Assembly: GCA_965228475.1 (NCBI GenBank)
Contig: OZ245817.1
Span: 4,640,001-4,704,000 of the forward strand
DNA length: 64,000 nucleotides
Direction: 5' to 3'
Source of the DNA: Myxococcota bacterium
GTDB lineage: Bacteria; Myxococcota_A; UBA9160; JAFDDA01
The notes under the pieces were generated by a model that was not told where the DNA came from, did no database searches, and saw only the letters and a list, made by a program, of their open reading frames with translations. The position numbers were made by a program, and so were the translations under genes. Numbering within the stretch: the first letter of the stretch is position 1; every line of letters begins with the position of its first letter. Positions 63,983-64,000 of this stretch are shown here, piece by piece.

Positions 63983-64000
63983 ATGCGCCCCGAGGACATG
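63983..64000 (+). CDS. Start of a gene continuing beyond the window (MRPEDM...)
   Basis: AAGGAG RBS, ATG 63983, promoter and operator upstream. Confidence 0.6.

Overview
A gene-dense, very GC-rich bacterial chromosomal window of about 54 CDS from a diderm: it has Pal, lipoproteins, SppA and a lipase foldase. Gene content is compatible with a Myxococcota/deltaproteobacteria-like organism, but that is inference only. I see no rRNA, tRNA, CRISPR array, transposase or phage gene. Core genes include a sulfite reductase, folB, an argD-like aminotransferase, a DnaQ-DinG fusion, thiI, an RluA-family synthase, cimA, glcDEF-like genes and many lipid/acyl-CoA enzymes. The most notable structures are: (1) an ECF sigma / zinc-less anti-sigma / helical periplasmic protein / His-rich lipoprotein module with a duplicated G[GC]AAC-N17-GTTG promoter; (2) an unannotated Ile-rich leader peptide plus terminator (attenuator) in front of citramalate synthase; (3) about ten apparently leaderless genes, including two back-to-back pairs that share one overlapping -10 element; (4) a stand-alone FMN-loop-less RnfD/NqrB-like protein coupled to a CxxC-containing DUF2330-like protein, behind a promoter motif also found before the M48/DUF748 operon; (5) a two-gene secreted mega-protease cassette; (6) a Cys-less thiolase fused to an OB-fold. 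All family calls come from motif recognition by eye, without database searches.
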